Assembly: GCA_002500485.1 (NCBI GenBank)
Contig: DLRJ01000072.1
Location: 982-64,981, forward strand
DNA length: 64,000 nt
From: Dehalococcoidia bacterium UBA7891
GTDB taxonomy: Bacteria > Chloroflexota > Dehalococcoidia > Lucifugimonadales > UBA826
Reading direction: 5' to 3'
This document shows positions 1 through 9,946 of the stretch, in pieces. Numbering within the stretch: the first letter of the stretch is position 1; each line of letters opens with the position of its first letter. The position numbers and the translations under genes are program-made. The notes beneath the pieces are model-generated. The model saw only the letters and a program-made list of their open reading frames with translations. It had not been told where the DNA came from and did no database searches.

Positions 1-233
1 GAATATATGAATGGGAAAAAGCCAGGGCCGGCACTCGTTCAGTGGCGAAAGCATTGGCAAATGGGAGTATGTTATCGATAATTGGTGGAGGTTCAACGGT
101 GGATGCCGTAAATTTTTTGGGCCTTCAAGGGCAGATGACACATGTGTCTACGGGAGGAGGAGCATCCTTGGAGCTGTTGGAAGGTAGGGAACTACCAGGA
201 GTTACTTCACTACGTGAGAAGATAGAAGGTTAA
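1..233 (+). CDS. pgk: phosphoglycerate kinase, C-terminal fragment (5' end outside window)
   Basis: The frame is open from the window edge (..YEWEKARAGTRSVAKALA..). SIIGGGSTVDAV and THVSTGGGASLELLEG are typical of the PGK C-terminus. It is followed by other glycolytic genes. Confidence 0.85.
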   Translation, partial: IYEWEKARAGTRSVAKALANGSMLSIIGGGSTVDAVNFLGLQGQMTHVSTGGGASLELLEGRELPGVTSLREKIEG

Positions 234-239
234 GAAATT

Positions 240-1451
240 ATGATCGATTTCCAGTATTTATCTAGTATCAGAAAACAAACTGCCTCCAAAATCGTCATGA
301 TTGTTGTCGATGGTCTAGGTGGAATGACAGATCCTTCGACAGGTAATTCTGAATTAGAGGCTGCTGTGTTGCCAAACTTAGACAAATTGGCTGCCAATAG
401 TTCCTGCGGTGTAAGCACGCCTGTCCTTCCCGGCATAACCCCTGGCAGCGGCCCCGGACACATGGCTTTGTTTGGATACAACCCTATTAAGTATCTTTTG
501 GGTCGAGGAGTGCTGGAAGGGCTAGGAATAGGGGCCCCTATAGGCAAGGGGGACGTAGCCGCAAGAGGAAATTTTTGCCTTTTAGGGGATGATGGCAAGA
601 TTTTAGATAGACGTGCAGGAAGAATTACAACTGAAGAATGCGTGGAACTAGTAGAGTTGCTCAAACAAATCGAGATTCCTGGATTCGGAATCGAAATATA
701 TCCAGTTATGGATTACCGGTTCGTCTTGGTTCTCAAAGGAGAAACCTCTTCTCCTGATGTTTCAGAGACCGATCCTCAGATTACAGGTATTGCACCATTG
801 ATCTCGAGTCCAACCTCTGAGAGAGGGACTGGCACAGCCTTGGCGGTTAATCTTTTCACCCAAAGAAGTATGGAAATTCTTACGGAACACAAAGGAAGTG
901 CTAACGGCATTTTACTACGCGGTTTCTCAAACATACCTGAATTGCCACATTTCGGTTCATCATATGCTCTGAATCCTGCGGCTATAGCTGCCTACCCCAT
1001 GTACAGGGGAGTTGCCGGCCTTTTGGGCATGGAAGTACTAAATTCCAAACAAACTTTTGAAGATGAAATTAAAACCCTGCAAACGAATTTCTCCAAAGGT
1101 TACGATTATTTCTTTCTGCATTACAAACCTGCTGATAGTGCAGGGGAGGACGGAAATTTTAGCCAAAAAGTGGCTATGCTTGAGGAATTCGATAAAAAAC
1201 TTGAAAGTGTTATCCAACTGGAACCTGACGTAATAGTCATATGTGGAGACCATTCAACACCTTCCTATATCTCTTCTCACAGTTGGCATCCCGTACCCTT
1301 TTTGATCAATTCCAAATTTTCTCAAGGTAAGATCGGGAGCCAATTCACAGAAAACAGCTGTCGGGAAGGCACAATAGGAAGCATCAGGGCCGAAGAACTC
1401 ATGCTACTGGTTCTATCTCACGCGGGTAAGCTAAATAAATTTGGACCCTAA
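240..1451 (+). CDS. apgM: cofactor-independent phosphoglycerate mutase, archaeal-type (ApgM family)
   Basis: 403-aa ORF with MIVVDGLGG, GPGHMALFGY and ICGDHSTP, motifs of the alkaline-phosphatase-superfamily mutase. It lies between pgk and tpiA. Confidence 0.8.
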   Translation: MIDFQYLSSIRKQTASKIVMIVVDGLGGMTDPSTGNSELEAAVLPNLDKLAANSSCGVSTPVLPGITPGSGPGHMALFGYNPIKYLLGRGVLEGLGIGAPIGKGDVAARGNFCLLGDDGKILDRRAGRITTEECVELVELLKQIEIPGFGIEIYPVMDYRFVLVLKGETSSPDVSETDPQITGIAPLISSPTSERGTGTALAVNLFTQRSMEILTEHKGSANGILLRGFSNIPELPHFGSSYALNPAAIAAYPMYRGVAGLLGMEVLNSKQTFEDEIKTLQTNFSKGYDYFFLHYKPADSAGEDGNFSQKVAMLEEFDKKLESVIQLEPDVIVICGDHSTPSYISSHSWHPVPFLINSKFSQGKIGSQFTENSCREGTIGSIRAEELMLLVLSHAGKLNKFGP

Positions 1452-1987
1452 TATAGATCTTAATCTTGCCTGTACATCTACACTTTTATAGTTCATATCC
1501 CTTGGTTTCAACCAAAAATAAACATAAAAACATAGCTATCGCTAATATACCACTGATTTAAGTTCTTAATATACGATTTGGTTAAATTACAAATATAATT
1601 AGCTCAATTGAGCATCCAAATTTGCACCATTTCTGGGTAATGAAACATCCCAGGGCGGATTTTTTTCCATGATCAATACTCATCACCATATATGTACCCT
1701 GTTTTTTCTATAATTCCTAATTCCTTTCACTACCTCTATTACCGATTGAACAACCACCGAAAGTGGCCTGATATGTTGATTAAAATGGCCATAATTAATC
1801 AAAACTAAACAATAAATTAACTACAGAACATAATGCAGTGACCATGCATCAAAATTAGGGCTCAAACCCCTAAAGTTTGATATTTAAACCTTCTCAAAAG
1901 TAAAACAATGCCTTCCAATGGAATATTTAGTAGGATGTTAAAGTAGCACCAGAAGCACCTTTTAAATACTGTGAGATATCAAGATAT

Positions 1988-2734
1988 ATGTATATTTTAG
2001 CAAATTGGAAAAATAAATTATCCTCAGAATCCAGTAAAAGCCTGGCCAATGACATATATTCACGACTGGTGCATCAATATTTAAATATTGAAATAGTTAT
2101 ATTTCCAGACGATATCTCATTGCTAGGAGTAAAGTCTATTTTGGATTCGCTATCTATCGTCAAGATAGGTGCTCAGGATGGTCCTTTGGATAGAACTAGT
2201 AGTCTCACCGGTTCTATTTCTGCCCCTAATTTAAGCAATGTTTGTGACTACGTACTACTTGGACATTCTGAAAGAAGGATCCAATTAGGGGAAACGAATG
2301 AAATGGTTGCTCTAAAAGCTACCGTAGCAATTGAGCTGGGTTTGGTTCCAGTTATATGTGTAACCAAAGGAACCGGGACAGCCCTTGATCCATATTCTGA
2401 GATCAAAGCCCAATTAGAGTCTATCCAGGATCATATACGTCGGCAGGGCAAATATTTAATCGCATATGAGCCAATCGACGCCATAGGCACGGGAATTTCT
2501 GCCGACCCCCAGGAAATCAAAAACACAGCCGAAACCATCCGGAAAATGCTTTCGGGACTTCAGGGCTCTTCTGATATCCCGGTGCTATATGGGGGGAGTG
2601 TAAATGCCAAGAACGTGAACTCATTCTTGTCGCTTGAAGGAATAGATGGAGTCTTGGTCGGTGGAGAAAGCCTCAACGTGGATAGTTTCCTAAAAATTGT
2701 ACAGAAGGCATCAGATACACAGCATTCAAGATGA
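1988..2734 (+). CDS. tpiA: triosephosphate isomerase
   Basis: Contains ANWKNK, LLGHSERR, AYEPIDAIGTG and LYGGSV, the TIM catalytic and phosphate-loop motifs. Confidence 0.85.
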   Translation: MYILANWKNKLSSESSKSLANDIYSRLVHQYLNIEIVIFPDDISLLGVKSILDSLSIVKIGAQDGPLDRTSSLTGSISAPNLSNVCDYVLLGHSERRIQLGETNEMVALKATVAIELGLVPVICVTKGTGTALDPYSEIKAQLESIQDHIRRQGKYLIAYEPIDAIGTGISADPQEIKNTAETIRKMLSGLQGSSDIPVLYGGSVNAKNVNSFLSLEGIDGVLVGGESLNVDSFLKIVQKASDTQHSR

Positions 2735-3639
2735 TAGTGATACTAGGGGCGACAGGTACAGGAAAAAGCCAGATCGGAATCAATATCGCTCATCAATTGA
2801 ACGGTGAAATTATCAACGCCGATAGTCGTCAAATATACAAAGGAATGACTATTGGAACAGCTAAACCCAACGAACAAGATATGAAGTCCATTCCCCATCA
2901 TTTATTCGATTTTAAATACCCCGATGAAAGTTTCAGTGTTTTTGAGTTCAAAGAACTGGTGTCCAACACCGCGCACGAGATTCAGTCTAGAGGCAAGGTT
3001 CCAATCCTTGTTGGAGGAACAGGCCAATACCTTCTGGCTTTCTTGGAAAATTGGACTTTAAATGGTGGCCCTCCAAACCCAGAGATAAGAAAAACGCTAT
3101 CTGATCGCTTTTCAAAATTTGGTTTGGATAACCTAGTAGAAGAATTAACCAATACTTCCCCAGACATAGCTCAGACCATCGATTTAGACAATTCAAGAAG
3201 GGTCATGAGGGCACTAGAAAAAATCCACAATGATGATAGACACACACTTGCAGCACCGAAACCCGACATTCAAAATACACTAAACATATCTGTGTTCGGT
3301 ATTCAAATACCCAGGACCCTGCTATACCCCAGAGTTGATGCAAGAGCTGAGGGTATGATTAGAAATGGATGGATTTCGGAAACCCACAAATTGCTAGACT
3401 ATGGGTATGGTGTGGACCTTTCGTCCATGAGTGGTATTGGATACAGGGAAATATCAAAATACCTGCATGGAGATTCAACCTGGCAATTTTGCATCTCAAA
3501 AATAAAGTCACGTACCCATCGGCTTATACGCACCCAGAATAATTGGTTCAGAAGGATTGATAGCTCAATAACCTGGTTTGATTCCCATGAGTTAAACACT
3601 TTTGAAATATCCAATAAAATATCGTGCTTAATGAATTGA
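2731..3639 (+). CDS. miaA: tRNA dimethylallyltransferase
   Basis: P-loop GATGTGKS followed by INADSRQIYKGMTIGTAKP. There is a 4-nt ATGA overlap with tpiA. Confidence 0.9.
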   Translation: MIVILGATGTGKSQIGINIAHQLNGEIINADSRQIYKGMTIGTAKPNEQDMKSIPHHLFDFKYPDESFSVFEFKELVSNTAHEIQSRGKVPILVGGTGQYLLAFLENWTLNGGPPNPEIRKTLSDRFSKFGLDNLVEELTNTSPDIAQTIDLDNSRRVMRALEKIHNDDRHTLAAPKPDIQNTLNISVFGIQIPRTLLYPRVDARAEGMIRNGWISETHKLLDYGYGVDLSSMSGIGYREISKYLHGDSTWQFCISKIKSRTHRLIRTQNNWFRRIDSSITWFDSHELNTFEISNKISCLMN

Positions 3640-3722
3640 ACAACTTCCCCAAGCCTATATGATCCATTCGATGTTAGAATTCCTACCACTTAATGCAATA
3701 CCCAGTTAGATAGAAGTTAGAT

Positions 3723-4562
3723 ATGAAATTCACCAAAATGCATGGAGCCGGAAATGACTACGTTTATGTGAACGGGTTTGAGTATGATCTTGACTGGAAA
3801 CACATATCTCAAACCGTGAGCGACAGACACAAAGGCATAGGAGCAGATGGTCTCATTGTTGCATGCCCATCGTCTAACAACTCAGACCTAAAAATGCGTA
3901 TGTTCAACGCAGATGGTTCAGAAGGAGAGATGTGTGGGAACGGAATACGCTGCCTGGTTGGTTTTGCTAGGGATGAAAGTTTAATAAACGGTGACTTACA
4001 AGTAATCACAGTGGAGACAATGGCAGGCAATTTGGACGTTTTCCCAATTTTGGAAGATAGTCGAATGATAGGGGCGAAAGTCAGCATGGGATCTCCTAAT
4101 TTGGTCCCGAAAAATGTACCCGTGCAAATTGGCTCCGATGAACCAACTCTCGACTATTCATTGGATTTGGACACACACGAATTATCCCTTGGGTTTGTAT
4201 CAATGGGAAACCCTCATGCTATTGCCTTTATTGAAGAAGATGTAGATAACTTCCCCTTAGAATTGATAGGCCCTAAAATTGAAAATCACGATATTTTCCC
4301 AAACAAAGTGAATTTTGAGATTGTAAATGCGCTAAGCCCATCAGAACTCAAAGTGAGAGTTTGGGAAAGAGGGTCTGGGATCACGATGGCCTGTGGTTCT
4401 GGAGCCTGTGCAGTTGCTGTAGCAGCCAGGTTGAAAGGAATTACATTGGATGATGTCAACTTGAAACTACCCGGTGGAGATTTAAAAGTTCGTTGGGATG
4501 GGGTAGGGGAAGTAGAATTGGAGGGACCGATTGAAACAGTATACAAAGGTGTTCTCCAATAA
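3723..4562 (+). CDS. dapF: diaminopimelate epimerase
   Basis: KMHGAGNDYVYV, MCGNGIRC, SMGNPH and ACGSGACA; both catalytic-Cys motifs are present. Confidence 0.9.
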   Translation: MKFTKMHGAGNDYVYVNGFEYDLDWKHISQTVSDRHKGIGADGLIVACPSSNNSDLKMRMFNADGSEGEMCGNGIRCLVGFARDESLINGDLQVITVETMAGNLDVFPILEDSRMIGAKVSMGSPNLVPKNVPVQIGSDEPTLDYSLDLDTHELSLGFVSMGNPHAIAFIEEDVDNFPLELIGPKIENHDIFPNKVNFEIVNALSPSELKVRVWERGSGITMACGSGACAVAVAARLKGITLDDVNLKLPGGDLKVRWDGVGEVELEGPIETVYKGVLQ

Positions 4563-4603
4563 TAATTATCTAGGGATCGGCTGGAAACAGGAGTTAAATA
4601 AAA

Positions 4604-5773
4604 ATGGAATTCGCAAATCGGTTAGACACGGTACCACCGTATCTTTTTGTAGAAATAAGCAGAAAAATCGCTGCCAAAAAAGCACAGGGTATAGATGTGA
4701 TCTCCTTTGGAATTGGTGATCCCGATTTGGAAACTCCAAGCAACGTGATAGCTGAACTCAGTAGAACTGCCCTAGATTCCCCAAATCATCGATACCCAGA
4801 AACGGACGGCTTACCAGAATTCCGGAGGGCAGTGACAGACTGGTACCAGAAACGTTTCTCCATATCGTTGGACGCTGAAAAGGAAGTCCTTCCACTAATT
4901 GGAGCGAAAGAAGGCATAGGTCATGCTGCCTTATGTTTTATAAACCCTGGAGACATTGCATTAATACCGGACCCTGGATATCCAGTTTATTCCGTAGGTA
5001 CTTGGTTTGCCGGAGGGGAATGCCATTGGATGCCACTGAAGGAAGAAAACGGATGGCTACCTGATCTCGACGATATTCCAGAGGATGTGGCCAACAATTC
5101 TAAGGTAATGTGGTTGAATTATCCCAATAATCCCACTGGTGCAATTGTGGACAAAGGATATTTGGCTGATGTTGTTAGCTTTGGAAAACAATACAACATT
5201 GCCGTAATGCATGATGCCTGTTACACCGAAGTTGCCTACGATGGCTATAGACCTATAAGTTTCCTTGAAATCCCTGGTGCCATGGATATCGGTCTGGAAT
5301 TTCACTCGCTGTCTAAAAGTTACAACATGACAGGCTGGAGAGTGGGAATGGCTGTTGGTAATTCCGATATGATAAATGCCCTCATGGTGGTGAAATCTAA
5401 TTTAGATTCAGGCATACCCAATGCGGTCCAACATATGGGCATCGAAGCGCTGAAGGCCTCAGACAAAGAGATTGACACTCGAAATGCCATATACCAGAAC
5501 AGACGAGACAGAGTTGTGGCTTCTCTAAACAAAATTGGATTAAATGTAGACCCTCCTAGGGCGAGTCTGTACGTTTGGGCAAAAATCCCCGATGGATATA
5601 CTTCAGCTGAGTTTGCAGAATTACTACTAGAGGAAAGAAACCTAGTAGTGACCGCAGGAAACGGCTATGGACCCAGTGGAGAAGGTTATGTACGTCTTTC
5701 TCTCACCATTTCGGAAACAGACCTGGAGAAAGGGCTAAGCAGATTGGAAAACTGGAAAATACCTCAAAAATAG
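4604..5773 (+). CDS. dapL: class I/II aminotransferase, LL-diaminopimelate aminotransferase-like
   Basis: NYPNNPTG and the PLP-lysine motif SLSKSYNMTGWR. The N-terminus RLDTVPPYLF..ISFGIGDPD resembles DapL-type enzymes, and the gene is adjacent to dapF. Confidence 0.65.
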   Translation: MEFANRLDTVPPYLFVEISRKIAAKKAQGIDVISFGIGDPDLETPSNVIAELSRTALDSPNHRYPETDGLPEFRRAVTDWYQKRFSISLDAEKEVLPLIGAKEGIGHAALCFINPGDIALIPDPGYPVYSVGTWFAGGECHWMPLKEENGWLPDLDDIPEDVANNSKVMWLNYPNNPTGAIVDKGYLADVVSFGKQYNIAVMHDACYTEVAYDGYRPISFLEIPGAMDIGLEFHSLSKSYNMTGWRVGMAVGNSDMINALMVVKSNLDSGIPNAVQHMGIEALKASDKEIDTRNAIYQNRRDRVVASLNKIGLNVDPPRASLYVWAKIPDGYTSAEFAELLLEERNLVVTAGNGYGPSGEGYVRLSLTISETDLEKGLSRLENWKIPQK

Positions 5774-5798
5774 ACGTCACGATAACGGAGTAGTACTC

Positions 5799-6932
5799 AT
5801 ATCAACCAATCTACATACTGTAGCATCCAAGGCCGAGCGAGTCTTACTCGTTGGGGCTCATATCAAAGGGTCTAGAAGTAGGTGGCGGCCAAAAGATTCG
5901 ATATCCGAATTGAAGGAATTAGCCTCCGGTGCCGGCGCCAAAGTGGTAGATGTAGTCAACCAGCAATTAACTAAACCAACGCAAACTTATGTCGGTAAAG
6001 GAAAATTGGGGGAGCTTTTAGAGATAGTCAAACGGGAAAAAATAGATACCATAATATGCGATGACGAATTAAAACCCACCCAACAACTGAACCTGGAAAA
6101 TGCACTCCCTGGCACAAAAGTAATAGACCGGACGGCCCTGATTTTACATATTTTTGCATCGAGGGCCCAAACTCATGAAGGCAGATTACAAGTGGATTTG
6201 GCCCAGCATGAGTATCTCCTACCCAGATTAGCCGGCCAATGGACCCATTTGGAAAGGCTCGGTGGAGGAATCGGTACCAGGGGACCAGGGGAGTCACAAA
6301 TTGAAACCGACCGCCGCCTAGCTAGAAATAGGATCGCTAAGTTAAAAAAAGATATCGAAAAAGTCAGAAAGCATAGACAAAGATATCGGCAGCGAAGGAA
6401 GCGATCTAACTTACCTATAGTGTCCTTGGTGGGTTACACGAATGCTGGGAAAAGCACCTTATTAAATACATTGGCCTCCTCAGCAGTCACAGCCGAAAAT
6501 AAACTATTTTCAACCCTAGACCCTATTACAAGGAAGATTTCCATAAGGAATGGAAAAGAGATACTTTTGACAGACACTGTGGGTTTCATACAAAAACTTC
6601 CAACAAGTCTTATTGCGGCCTTCCGGGCGACCTTAGAGGAAGCTGAAGAAGCCGACCTTTTGATTCATGTTTCTGATATTTCACACCCAAACAGGTCTGA
6701 ACATTGTCATGCCGTAAATGAAGTCCTCGGAAATCTAGGTTTAACAGACAAACCCAAAATCGGAGTTTTAAACAAAATTGATCTCTTTCCAAAGAACTAT
6801 CAGGCGCATGAAGATACATCTCTTATAAAACTTATGGATCAGTTTGATCAAACCGTGTTCTGCTCAGCTGAAACAGGATTTGGAATAGGGGAACTAATTA
6901 ACGTGATTGAATGCAAAATATCTGAGTATTAG
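5799..6932 (+). CDS. hflX: GTPase HflX (start codon uncertain; proposed non-canonical ATA)
   Basis: GYTNAGKSTL (G1), DTVGF (G3), NKID (G4) and ERLGGGIGTRGPGE. HflX-like N-terminal sequence (AERVLLVGAHI..) extends upstream of the first canonical start, TTG 5910. GGAG at 5787-5790 lies 8 nt before ATA 5799. Confidence 0.8.
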   Translation: MSTNLHTVASKAERVLLVGAHIKGSRSRWRPKDSISELKELASGAGAKVVDVVNQQLTKPTQTYVGKGKLGELLEIVKREKIDTIICDDELKPTQQLNLENALPGTKVIDRTALILHIFASRAQTHEGRLQVDLAQHEYLLPRLAGQWTHLERLGGGIGTRGPGESQIETDRRLARNRIAKLKKDIEKVRKHRQRYRQRRKRSNLPIVSLVGYTNAGKSTLLNTLASSAVTAENKLFSTLDPITRKISIRNGKEILLTDTVGFIQKLPTSLIAAFRATLEEAEEADLLIHVSDISHPNRSEHCHAVNEVLGNLGLTDKPKIGVLNKIDLFPKNYQAHEDTSLIKLMDQFDQTVFCSAETGFGIGELINVIECKISEY

Positions 6933-6980
6933 TCTTATAGCCACATATTTCTTATTGCGCACTATAAATGTTATGTAAAG

Positions 6981-7997
6981 TTAGGGGATCGAAATTTTCA
7001 CTGATAAGCTGCCTTTAGTGGTTAAATGCATCAATAATCCTATCACCAAGCTGTTCACGTCCTGGTATGTAATCAATTGACCTTGCCTTAAAGCGGATGC
7101 CGGGAAATATTTCTGAAATTCTATAGATTCAGAAACTAAAATAACGTTCCCAGGTGTAATTCCATTAGCTACCCCGACTGCAAATATTTCAGTCAATTGA
7201 ATTTCCTCATTAAATTCAGAGGCATTTAAAACCAATACTGTAGCCACGGCCTTTTCAGGTTCATCTACATCATCATATGGCCCGATACTTTTAGTTGGTA
7301 TACCGAGGCTTCTAAATTGGGAAATCACAATTGAGGTAATATTTTTTGCCGTCTCTGTTGTCTCAATAAACAGCAGATATCCTTCTTTCGCAGCCATTGA
7401 GGAAGGGCGTTTAATTACTGAGTCAATGGAAACAGGTATATTTTCAACTATATTTGGTAGGGTTTTATCTGTTAGAGGTGAAGTAAGTCCTTTTACTGCA
7501 TTTTCTCTTACCCCTAAATCTTCTATATATGACAGGTTTTCTGTAAACAAACGGGTGAACTCATCAGTTTGATCAATAGCAATACCTAGATCTCTTACCA
7601 ATAAATTAGTCAGAAATTCTGGTTTAGGAAGTTCTCCTTCATTTAGGAGTTTGTTTAGTTTTCGGAATTTTTCAGGCATATAGGCAGCTTTTAAAAGAGA
7701 TTCTGCAAGTTCTTCAATCGACTTGGGGATTGAAATTGAAATCCCTAGGTCAGTCAAGGAAATGGTCTCGTCCCTATATCTCCCTTTAGTGAATCCATAT
7801 TGCTCTGAAGCTGCTAAGAGAGTGGTGAAACTACTACTTCTAGGGCTGATGCTCAAATGGTTAGCCAAAAGCTTCCTATCTAAAGGCAATCCGGCATTAT
7901 CGTGATATATCGCTTTGGCGATTTCCAACGTGTCCTTTATTGTATGGGCCGGATAACCCCGAACCCTGCGAGTCCTGCGAAATCCATCTTTATTCAT
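6981..7997 (-). CDS. hypothetical protein (orphan; basic N-terminus, two helical wHTH-like segments, alpha/beta C-terminal domain)
   Basis: A 338-aa ORF on the opposite strand to both neighbours, flanked by AT-rich spacers. I recognise no family motif with certainty. Confidence 0.6.
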   Translation of the reverse strand: MNKDGFRRTRRVRGYPAHTIKDTLEIAKAIYHDNAGLPLDRKLLANHLSISPRSSSFTTLLAASEQYGFTKGRYRDETISLTDLGISISIPKSIEELAESLLKAAYMPEKFRKLNKLLNEGELPKPEFLTNLLVRDLGIAIDQTDEFTRLFTENLSYIEDLGVRENAVKGLTSPLTDKTLPNIVENIPVSIDSVIKRPSSMAAKEGYLLFIETTETAKNITSIVISQFRSLGIPTKSIGPYDDVDEPEKAVATVLVLNASEFNEEIQLTEIFAVGVANGITPGNVILVSESIEFQKYFPASALRQGQLITYQDVNSLVIGLLMHLTTKGSLSVKISIP

Positions 7998-8184
7998 GCT
8001 ATTTCAAACTTCAGCCTCTTTTTTGAAATCATTTTGAAATAAATATACGGATCTTGCAAAAAATGTCAATCGTCTTTTTGGTTTTTTTAACCTTAACGTC
8101 TATTTCGTTTCGTTACATATTGATAAAATAGAGTCTGGATGTATTCTTAACTTTAATTATTTTACTAGGACCAAATAGAACAAA

Positions 8185-9426
8185 ATGACAAAATTACTCA
8201 CTTTACTATGTGTAGTGTCTTTCATTTCAATCCCCCTAGCGTGTTCTTCAGATACAACCGCCGAACCAGATGTACCGACACCAACCAAATACTCTGATAG
8301 TAGTGCCCCCTACCCGATGGCCTCTACGATTCCCAAGGAGCAATTAGGCTCCTCTGAGGGGACACCCAGGGAACTAGAAGCAGTATGGGAGGCCTGGTCC
8401 CTTTTAAACAAGGAACATATTGACCGAGCAACTTTTGAGGCGGGAACCTTTGAAGAATCCGCAATCAAAGGATTGATTGATTCTGTTGAAGACACCCATA
8501 CTTCATATGTGGATCCCTTAGTGTTACAAATTGAACAAACAGATTTATCTGGACAATTTGAAGGTATTGGCGCCCATGTGAGGAGACGAGAAGACGGCAT
8601 GATACAAATTATAAGCCCTATCGAAGGGGGCCCTGCAGAGGCCGCAGGAATCTTGGCTGGGGATATCATTTTAGCTGTCGACGGAGAATCAATAGAGGGA
8701 CTGGAACTCTTAGAGGCCGTATCAAAAATAAGGGGCCCTAAAGGGAGTATAGTCTCCCTCACAGTGAAACATATAGGCGAACTCGAAACAACGATTATAG
8801 ATGTCAGCAGAGACGTTATAGCCTTACCCAGTGTATTACTCCGGAGTGATCCGGGGGATGACATAACCCACATCCGGATTACAGAGTTTAAAGGTGACAC
8901 TCCAGTCAGGCTTTCCGAAATTTTAAATAAGGAGTTGGAGGCCGGCTCTAAAGGCCTAATACTCGACTTAAGAAGTAACCCTGGCGGCTATTTGCAACAG
9001 GTTTTTGATATTGCCAACATGTTTTTAGATGACGGTGTAATCCTCCTTGAGGAACGACAAACCGAAAATGTAACATGGCAGGCATCGGGCGGTGGATTTG
9101 CCTCAACCCTACCAATGGTGGTTCTGGTAAATAAGTACAGCGCCAGCGGGAGTGAAATCCTAATGGGGGCTTTCCAAGATAATGGGAGGGCTACGGTAAT
9201 TGGAGAGCAAACCTTTGGTAAAGGAACGGTCAATGTCTTCAGAAAATTAAGTAATGGTGGCGGCCTTTATATGTCGGTTGGGCGTTGGTACACTCCTAAC
9301 AAAAGGCCAATCGAAGGGGAAGGTCTCACTCCAGATATATTGGTCACATCACGAGATAGCAAGGAAGCAGATATAAAACAGGTTGATGAAGCCTATAAGG
9401 AAATAAATAAACTATTAAATGACTAA
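8185..9426 (+). CDS. ctpA: S41 carboxy-terminal processing peptidase, lipoprotein
   Basis: Signal peptide with lipobox PLAC. PDZ segment GPAEAAGILAGDIILAVDG. S41 catalytic region NKYSASGSEI..GEQTFGKG. Confidence 0.85.
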   Translation: MTKLLTLLCVVSFISIPLACSSDTTAEPDVPTPTKYSDSSAPYPMASTIPKEQLGSSEGTPRELEAVWEAWSLLNKEHIDRATFEAGTFEESAIKGLIDSVEDTHTSYVDPLVLQIEQTDLSGQFEGIGAHVRRREDGMIQIISPIEGGPAEAAGILAGDIILAVDGESIEGLELLEAVSKIRGPKGSIVSLTVKHIGELETTIIDVSRDVIALPSVLLRSDPGDDITHIRITEFKGDTPVRLSEILNKELEAGSKGLILDLRSNPGGYLQQVFDIANMFLDDGVILLEERQTENVTWQASGGGFASTLPMVVLVNKYSASGSEILMGAFQDNGRATVIGEQTFGKGTVNVFRKLSNGGGLYMSVGRWYTPNKRPIEGEGLTPDILVTSRDSKEADIKQVDEAYKEINKLLND

Positions 9427-9438
9427 CGAGATAATCGC

Positions 9439-9894
9439 ATGTCGGATACCTTAATAGCATCAAATCGCCGAGCTTACTATGATTATGAAATATTGGAAAC
9501 TATTGAGGCCGGCCTAGTTCTCCAGTCGTCGGAAATAAAATCAATCCGAGATCACAGAGTAAATTTGGCGGGTTCATATGCATTCCCGTCGAATGGGGAA
9601 CTCTGGCTGAACAACGCCCACATTGCCCAGTACCCCTATTCCAGGGGAGAAAACCACCACCCACTCAGAAGCCGGAAACTGTTGTTACGAAAGCAGGAGC
9701 TCAGAAAATTCATGGCTGCGGCACAACAAAAAGGTTATTCGATAGTTCCATTAAAGCTTTATTTGTCAGGGCATTTTGCGAAAATTTCAATAGGGATAGG
9801 TCGCGGCAAAAGACAGTACGACAAGAGAAAGGCGATTATTGAGAAGGAAAGATCGAGGGACGCACAAGAGGCGATCCGCCGTGAATTACAATAA
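9439..9894 (+). CDS. smpB: SsrA-binding protein
   Basis: 151 aa with NRRAYYDYEILETIEAGLVLQSSEIKS and a basic C-terminal tail, as in SmpB. Confidence 0.9.
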   Translation: MSDTLIASNRRAYYDYEILETIEAGLVLQSSEIKSIRDHRVNLAGSYAFPSNGELWLNNAHIAQYPYSRGENHHPLRSRKLLLRKQELRKFMAAAQQKGYSIVPLKLYLSGHFAKISIGIGRGKRQYDKRKAIIEKERSRDAQEAIRRELQ

Positions 9895-9931
9895 GAAAAG
9901 GGATGGGAACTGCGAGTTCGCATCCCTTTTC
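9895..9931. terminator. bidirectional intrinsic terminator hairpin between smpB and the convergent small HTH gene
   Basis: gaaaagggatg (9895-9905) pairs with catcccttttc (9921-9931). An inner gaac/gttc pair extends the stem. A/T tracts flank it on both sides. Confidence 0.55.
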
Positions 9932-9946
9932 TCTGTCCCAGACAGT

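Noticed and set aside
230-664. 144-aa minus-strand ORF, Ser/Pro-rich
   Set aside because: It lies entirely antisense to the well-supported apgM gene. Its composition is low-complexity, typical of a shadow frame, and it has no SD.
8310-8900. 196-aa minus-strand ORF
   Set aside because: It is antisense to the PDZ/S41 peptidase gene, whose motifs are unambiguous. It is a Ser-rich shadow ORF.
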